From Bacteroidota bacterium (GTDB taxonomy: Bacteria; Bacteroidota; Bacteroidia; 2-12-FULL-35-15), in the NCBI GenBank assembly GCA_043742725.1, contig JAYTXX010000097.1, forward strand, positions 1 through 60,846: a stretch of 60,846 bases of DNA, read 5' to 3'. The translations under genes were made by a program, and so were the position numbers. Under the pieces are notes generated by a model, which worked only from the letters and a program-made list of their open reading frames with translations, was not told where the DNA came from and ran no database searches. Positions 55,522 through 60,846 of this stretch are shown piece after piece; positions within the stretch are counted from its first letter, which is position 1; each line of letters starts with the position of its first letter.

Positions 55522-56685
55522 ATGTACCCATCAATATATTATGCAGTAAAAGATTTGTTTGGCTTGAATTTGCCATTTCTTAAAATGATTCAAAGTTTTG
55601 GTTTTTTTGTTGCTATTTCTTTTTTATTAGCTTCTTATTTATTTTCAAAAGAATTGAAACGCAAAGTAGAACAAGGATTGTTGAGTACTTCCAGTACAAA
55701 AATTTTGAAAGGCGCAAAAGCAACTACAGCAGAGCTTGTAGTGGCAGGTATTATTGGATTTTTATTAGGATTTAAAATAGTATTCATTGCTTTTAATTTT
55801 TCGGAATTTACCGAAAACACACAAGGTTTTTTACTTTCCACAAATGGAAGTTTGTTTGGCGGAATAGCAGGAGCAGCAATTTCAGCGTATTTAAAATACC
55901 GTGAGAAAGAAAAAACAAAATTGGAAAAACCAATTTGGGTAGAAGAAGTGATGCACCCCTATCAGCATGTTGGGAATATGACTTTGATTGCAGCATTTGC
56001 AGGATTGTTAGGAGCAAAAATATTTCACAACCTCGAAAATTGGGATGATTTTATTGCCGATCCAAAAGCTGCATTGCTTTCATTTAGCGGATTAACAATG
56101 TATGGTGGGCTAATATTAGGTTCGGCTTCCGTTATTTTTTATGCGCACAAAAATAATATTACCATTACTCATTTAATTGATGCTTGTGCCCCAGCGCTAA
56201 TGCTCGCGTATGGTACAGGACGTATTGGGTGTCACGTTGCAGGTGATGGCGATTGGGGAGTAGCTAATCTTGCACCAAAACCAAATTGGCTAAACTGGCT
56301 TCCCGATTGGACTTGGAGCTATGATTATGCACACAATGTGAATGGTGTTGGCGAACCAATTGCAAATTGTTTAAATGATAAATATTGTTATCATTTGGTT
56401 CCTTCTGTTTATCCAACGGCTTTTTACGAAGTACTAATGTGTATCAGTTTGTTTTTTTTGTTGTGGTATTTGCGCAAAAAAATTTCAACACCAGGAATGT
56501 TATTTTCTGTGTACCTTATTTTCAACGGTATTGAGCGATTTTTTATTGAAAAAATTAGAGTAAATACACTGTATCATTTTGGCAATTTTGCATTTACACA
56601 AGCTGAACTAATTTCAACTATTTTGTTTTTTATAGGAATTATTGGTGTTTGGTATTTTAAGAAGTTGGAGAAGAAAAAAATATAA
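55522..56685 (+). CDS. lgt: Prolipoprotein diacylglyceryl transferase
   Basis: 387 aa, polytopic. N-terminal FGLNLPFLKMIQSFGFFVAISFL and a central GRIGCHVAGDG, like the Lgt GR(I/L)GN box, with a long Bacteroidota-type insertion. Confidence 0.65.
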   Translation: MYPSIYYAVKDLFGLNLPFLKMIQSFGFFVAISFLLASYLFSKELKRKVEQGLLSTSSTKILKGAKATTAELVVAGIIGFLLGFKIVFIAFNFSEFTENTQGFLLSTNGSLFGGIAGAAISAYLKYREKEKTKLEKPIWVEEVMHPYQHVGNMTLIAAFAGLLGAKIFHNLENWDDFIADPKAALLSFSGLTMYGGLILGSASVIFYAHKNNITITHLIDACAPALMLAYGTGRIGCHVAGDGDWGVANLAPKPNWLNWLPDWTWSYDYAHNVNGVGEPIANCLNDKYCYHLVPSVYPTAFYEVLMCISLFFLLWYLRKKISTPGMLFSVYLIFNGIERFFIEKIRVNTLYHFGNFAFTQAELISTILFFIGIIGVWYFKKLEKKKI

Positions 56686-56690
56686 TTTAT

Positions 56691-57650
56691 CTATTCCGTT
56701 TCTTTTTCAAAAGTGCCTTCAGTAATATTTTTTCCGTCTTTATAAAAATAAATTCCTCCCCACGAATATTCTTCTTTTTTATAAATATATGCTGTGCCAT
56801 CAATGGTAACAGTTACTATGGTTAGTTTTCTTCTGTCTTCTTGTATAATTTTTTCCTCAATATTTTTGTTTGTTGGCTTTTTAGCAACAACAGGTTCTAT
56901 CACTTTTGGTTTTGGTTTTTCCACAATAGGAGGAGGTTCTACTGGTTTTGGTTTTGGTTTTTCAGCAACAGGAGGAGTTTCCACTGGCTTTTCTTTCGGT
57001 TTTTCTGGCTCCGATTTATATTCAGGTTGTTTCACCACAATAGGAATAGGATTGCTTGGTGCTTGTGTAGCCAATGTTGGTGGAGGTGTTACAGGTCTTG
57101 GATTTGGTTCAGGTGGTTTTGGTTTAGGAATAGGAGTTGCTTCTGCTTTTTTTTGCATTTCCAATGCAGTAGCGGTGTAATCTTTATCAAATCCAAAATC
57201 TCCCGATTCAAGTTCATATTTAATTCTTCCAACAGGTTGCGAATAGGTAACAACAGATTCTTCTGGTTGTTTGGTAAGTTCTACTTCAGCAGTAAATTTT
57301 GCAAAATCTTCCTTTTCTCTATCCGTAGGAATGTGCGTATCAACTGTTATAGCTTTGCTAATAAAACCCATTTTTGTACAAGAAAAAACGTATTCAGCAT
57401 TTAAATCCAAATCAACATTGTATTTTCCTCCACTTGGGTCAATCACTCTGTATGGCATCCCATTTTTGGTAATAGTAACCAATGCATGTTTTAAATCACC
57501 ATCTTTTACAGTAAGTTTAAATTTGAGGGTAAATTTTGGTGCATCTAAATCCTGTGCCATTGCGCCATTGCCAAGTGTGGCAAGCATAAACACGAGTGCA
57601 ACCAAAAATTTGCGATAAAAAAAGTAAAATTTATTTTTATAATGCATCAT
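56691..57650 (-). CDS. Secreted protein with a Pro/Lys/Glu-rich repeat linker
   Basis: 319 aa with a signal peptide (ATLGNGAMAQ) and an N-terminal beta-rich domain. The linker PKPKPPEPNPRPVTPPP...EKPVETPPVAEKPKPKPVEPPPIVEKPKPK precedes a small C-terminal domain. Confidence 0.6.
   Translation of the reverse strand: MMHYKNKFYFFYRKFLVALVFMLATLGNGAMAQDLDAPKFTLKFKLTVKDGDLKHALVTITKNGMPYRVIDPSGGKYNVDLDLNAEYVFSCTKMGFISKAITVDTHIPTDREKEDFAKFTAEVELTKQPEESVVTYSQPVGRIKYELESGDFGFDKDYTATALEMQKKAEATPIPKPKPPEPNPRPVTPPPTLATQAPSNPIPIVVKQPEYKSEPEKPKEKPVETPPVAEKPKPKPVEPPPIVEKPKPKVIEPVVAKKPTNKNIEEKIIQEDRRKLTIVTVTIDGTAYIYKKEEYSWGGIYFYKDGKNITEGTFEKETE
56904..56987. repeat. Tandem imperfect repeat of about 42 bp inside the Pro-rich coding region
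   Basis: tttggttttggtttttccacaataggaggaggttctactgg is followed directly by ttttggttttggtttttcagcaacaggaggagtttccactgg. On the minus strand these encode PVEPPPIVEKPKPK / PVETPPVAEKPKPK. Confidence 0.7.
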
Positions 57651-57741
57651 ACAATACGTTCAAAAGTACAGAAATATTTGTAAAAAAATATGAAATTGAT
57701 GATAGTGTTTTAATCATAACTTTGTGAATAAATATTTTCAG

Positions 57742-58539
57742 ATGGACGTTGATTTACAAATGCTTTGCCAAGAAGTTTGTTTGCTCTCAAAACAAGTTGG
57801 AGCATTTATTAAAAACGAGCGTATAAAATTTTCTACTGACAAAATTGAAATAAAAGGCAAGAACGATTTTGTTTCGTATGTAGATAAAACTTCCGAAAAA
57901 TTATTGGTAGAATCTTTAACAAAGCTTTTGCCTGAAGCTGGTTATATAGCCGAAGAAGGAACATCTTCAAAAAAAGGCGAAGCATACAACTGGATAATTG
58001 ACCCGCTTGATGGAACTACTAATTTTATTCACGGTATTCCTTGTTTTGCCATTAGCATTGCATTAATGCGTCAGGAAACATTGGTGCTTGGAGTTGTGTA
58101 TGAAATAAATTTTGATGAATGTTTTTATGCTTGGGAAAAGAGCAAAGCCTATTTGAATGGCAATGAAATAAGTGTTTCTAAAGCATCTAAATTATCCGAT
58201 TCGCTAATAGCAACAGGCTTTCCATATTACGATTACAATCGCTTAAATGAATATATGGAACTTTTCAAATATTTCATGCAACACACACATGGCTTGCGCA
58301 GATTGGGTTCTGCGGCTACTGATTTAGCGTATGTAGCTTGTGGACGATTTGAAGGTTTTTATGAATATAGTCTTCAACCTTGGGATGTAGCCGCTGGTGC
58401 ATTTATTGTAAAACAAGCAGGGGGAAAGGTTTCGGATTTTAGTGGTGAAACAAATTTTATTTTTGGAAAAGAAATAGTGGCAGGAAATTCAAATTGTTTT
58501 GATGAATTTTTAAGTGCTGTAAAAGCACATTTTAATTAA
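57742..58539 (+). CDS. Inositol monophosphatase family protein (SuhB-like)
   Basis: WIIDPLDGTTNFIHG and WDVAAG signatures. Start taken at the ATG at 57742; the track start at 57724 is GTG. Confidence 0.85.
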   Translation: MDVDLQMLCQEVCLLSKQVGAFIKNERIKFSTDKIEIKGKNDFVSYVDKTSEKLLVESLTKLLPEAGYIAEEGTSSKKGEAYNWIIDPLDGTTNFIHGIPCFAISIALMRQETLVLGVVYEINFDECFYAWEKSKAYLNGNEISVSKASKLSDSLIATGFPYYDYNRLNEYMELFKYFMQHTHGLRRLGSAATDLAYVACGRFEGFYEYSLQPWDVAAGAFIVKQAGGKVSDFSGETNFIFGKEIVAGNSNCFDEFLSAVKAHFN

Positions 58540-58540
58540 T

Positions 58541-58660
58541 ATGGAACAAAAACAAAAACCTAAAAATGCTTGGGAATATGTGAAAATTTATTTCCCAGAT
58601 GTGTGGCAATATGTTATCATTATTGTGATTATGATAATTGCCGCTATTTTTATTTTATAA
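58541..58660 (+). CDS. Possible 39-aa single-pass membrane peptide
   Basis: Own translation: MEQKQKPKNAWEYVKIYFPDVWQYVIIIVIMIIAAIFIL. The ATG lies 1 nt after the IMPase stop, and the stop lies 3 nt before the next start. It is below the ORF-track size cut-off. Confidence 0.35.
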   Translation: MEQKQKPKNAWEYVKIYFPDVWQYVIIIVIMIIAAIFIL

Positions 58661-58663
58661 AAA

Positions 58664-59404
58664 ATGTTTAGACATAAAGGTCAAAATCGCACATTCAAAC
58701 ACAATTTAAGATTAGCAATTTTGCTTTCTTCCACAGCAGGAATTGTGAATGTTGCAGGTTTTATTTCTTTCTCCATTTTTACAACAAATGTAACTGGACA
58801 CGTTGCTCAATTTTCGGAACAACTCTCACTTGGAAATTTTTCATTCGCCAAAATTATTGTGTTATGGATGTTGATGTTTTTGTTTGGTGCTTTTTTTTCA
58901 AGCTTTTTAATCAACATTATGAATAAACGCGCACCTCGTTTTTCGCACTCTTTACCTTTATTAATTGAAATATTTATTTTGTTGTACGTTGGCTATTTAG
59001 GTCAAAATTACAACAGTGATTCTTCACAAAATCATTTTCTTGCAGGTAGTTTATTGTTTGCTATGGGAATGCAAAATGCAATGGTAACAATGGTTTCAGG
59101 GTTTGTAGTACGCACCACACATCTTACTGGTTTGTTTACTGATTTGGGAATAGAAATTTCAAAATTGTTTTATTTAAAAGATATTTCTGAAATTGAAAAA
59201 AAGGATTTGAAAAGAAAATTATTGCTTCACAGTTCAATTGTAATCATGTTTATTGTGGGAGGTGTTGTTGGAAGTTTTATGTATAAATATATTTTCTATA
59301 AAACTTTTATTGTAGCGGCACTAATACTTCTTTTTGCCTTGTTCTACGATGGAACAAGAATTCGATTTTATCTTTTTGTTAGAAAATATTTTCGTAGCAA
59401 ATAA
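58664..59404 (+). CDS. DUF1275 (YoaK-like) membrane protein
   Basis: 246 aa with 6 TM segments. Motifs NVAGFISFSIFTTNVTGHV, GMQNAMVT and RTTHLTGLFTDLG. Confidence 0.7.
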   Translation: MFRHKGQNRTFKHNLRLAILLSSTAGIVNVAGFISFSIFTTNVTGHVAQFSEQLSLGNFSFAKIIVLWMLMFLFGAFFSSFLINIMNKRAPRFSHSLPLLIEIFILLYVGYLGQNYNSDSSQNHFLAGSLLFAMGMQNAMVTMVSGFVVRTTHLTGLFTDLGIEISKLFYLKDISEIEKKDLKRKLLLHSSIVIMFIVGGVVGSFMYKYIFYKTFIVAALILLFALFYDGTRIRFYLFVRKYFRSK

Positions 59405-59413
59405 AAAATAAAA

Positions 59414-60846
59414 TTAATTTTTATTTTTTAATGAAATTGCCAAAAGCCCAATAAAAGTAAGCAATCCATTGAGTATAATCATTTCAAATCCAAATTTATA
59501 TCCATTGAATAATTCGACTGAAAAATCATTTATAACAATACAAATAATTGGAGATAAAATGCAAATGAATGGAACTAATTTATCTTTCACTTGTTTTTTT
59601 GTGAATAGACCAAATGCGTACAAACCGAGCAATGGTCCATACGTGTACCCAGCCCATGTAAATAAATTATTTATTACTGCATCGTTGTTTACTAATTTGA
59701 AAATAACAATTACCAAAAATAAAATACTTGCAAAAGCAATGTGTACGCGATGACGCACTTTTGTTTTTTCAATTTCTGTTTTTGTTGTATCATTTTTTAA
59801 TCCCAAAAAATCTAAACAGAACACACTTGTTAAAGCTGTGAGTGCACCATCGGCACTTGGATACGCAGCTGAAATTAGTCCAAGAATAAAAAATATGGCA
59901 GACAACATTCCAAAATTGTGTAGTGCAATGTTTGGGAATACATTATCTGAAATTATTTTACCGCTTGCATCTGCCTGAAGTGGAATGCTTGCTTGATTTG
60001 CATAAATATAAAGTAACGCACCTAAAACTAAAAACAAAATATTTACAATCAATAAAATTCCACTGAACGTAAGTACATTTTTTTGCGCATCGCCCAGTGT
60101 TTTACAGCTAATATTTTTTTGCATCATTTCTTGGTCAAGCCCTGTCATTGCAATAGCTATAAACATACCTCCGAAAAATTGTTTTGGAAAAAAGGATTTC
60201 AATTTCCAATCACTAAAAAATAATTGTGAGTATTCGCTTTCAGAAAGTTTATGAAAAACATCGCTCATATTCAAATTCATTTGCTTCATTATAAATATAA
60301 TTGACAACACCACAGAAAGCAGCATAAATGTAGTTTGTAGCGTATCTGTGTAAACAATCGTTTTCACTCCACCTTGATAAGTATATACTAAAATAAGCGC
60401 AATAAAAATAGCAACGGTTACAAAAAATGGAACTCCCATTGCATCAAAAACAAAAACTTGCAATACATTAATTACAATATACATACGGAATGCAGCTCCT
60501 ACAACTCTTGAAATGATAAAAAAGAAAGCACCAGTTTTATAAGATGAATTTCCAAAACGCTGTTCGAGATAACTATAAATTGAAGTTAGATTTAATCTGT
60601 AATACAATGGCAACAATACATACGCAATAACAATATATCCAATTAAATATCCCAACACTACTTGTAAATAACCAAAATGAGCTGTACCTACTGCTCCTGG
60701 AACGGATATAAATGTTACACCAGAAAGTGAAGCACCAATCATTCCGTATGCAACCAAGTACCATTTCGAAGAACGATTTCCTACATAATAACTTTCATTG
60801 TTTGCACCACGAGATGTCCACCAAGTAACTGCAAACAAAAGCAATG
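59414..60846 (-). CDS. Sodium:solute symporter family transporter (5' end outside the window)
   Basis: More than 476 aa, polytopic. The ORF is open to the window edge; the first codon in the track is TTG, not a real start. GNRSSKWYLVAYGMIGASLSGVTFISVPG is typical of the SSS family. Confidence 0.75.
   Translation of the reverse strand, partial: LLLFAVTWWTSRGANNESYYVGNRSSKWYLVAYGMIGASLSGVTFISVPGAVGTAHFGYLQVVLGYLIGYIVIAYVLLPLYYRLNLTSIYSYLEQRFGNSSYKTGAFFFIISRVVGAAFRMYIVINVLQVFVFDAMGVPFFVTVAIFIALILVYTYQGGVKTIVYTDTLQTTFMLLSVVLSIIFIMKQMNLNMSDVFHKLSESEYSQLFFSDWKLKSFFPKQFFGGMFIAIAMTGLDQEMMQKNISCKTLGDAQKNVLTFSGILLIVNILFLVLGALLYIYANQASIPLQADASGKIISDNVFPNIALHNFGMLSAIFFILGLISAAYPSADGALTALTSVFCLDFLGLKNDTTKTEIEKTKVRHRVHIAFASILFLVIVIFKLVNNDAVINNLFTWAGYTYGPLLGLYAFGLFTKKQVKDKLVPFICILSPIICIVINDFSVELFNGYKFGFEMIILNGLLTFIGLLAISLKNKN

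Noticed and set aside
56794-57618. Three + strand ORFs (128, 187 and 115 aa) opposite the Pro-rich protein gene
   Set aside because: They are generated by the reverse complement of the PEPK-type repeats (GFGFS / WFWF strings). The minus-strand frame has a signal peptide and coherent domains.

Overview
AT-rich chromosomal segment, very likely Bacteroidota. Support: T9SS C-terminal sorting domains, TAnnTTTG-type promoter boxes, PD40/OmpA proteins, BshA, a GH3-serine hydrolase fusion, and the mutL-rhomboid-rhomboid-EEP gene string. I support about 47 protein-coding genes. I could not find any rRNA, tRNA, CRISPR array, transposase or integrase by eye.

Most of the window is housekeeping: ftsE, lpxD, saccharopine dehydrogenase, 2-oxoacid dehydrogenase E2, bshA, SUI1, mutL, mtaB, lgt and an IMPase.

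Four regions look accessory:
- 6081-8635: a tightly coupled three-gene operon ending in a stand-alone ComEC-type MBL hydrolase, behind a repeat-bearing AT-rich leader.
- 14431-16945: a 678-bp non-coding patch of palindromic repeat elements, followed by a lone CitE/HpcH-like fusion gene.
- 31626-42929: a glycan cluster encoding a CDP-3,6-dideoxyhexose pathway (rfbF-rfbG-rfbH) plus a YerE-like TPP enzyme. It is coupled to a polyprenyl-phosphate GT2, a YfhO-like protein and a TMTC-like GT-C protein.
- 50787-55440: a translationally coupled triad of an SMC-like ATPase, a kleisin-sized helical protein and an MksE/JetB-like protein. Gene order is non-canonical and there is no Toprim nuclease gene.

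The last region is my best candidate for an undescribed system (a miniature Wadjet/MksBEF relative). All functional calls come from reading motifs in the supplied translations. No database search was run.
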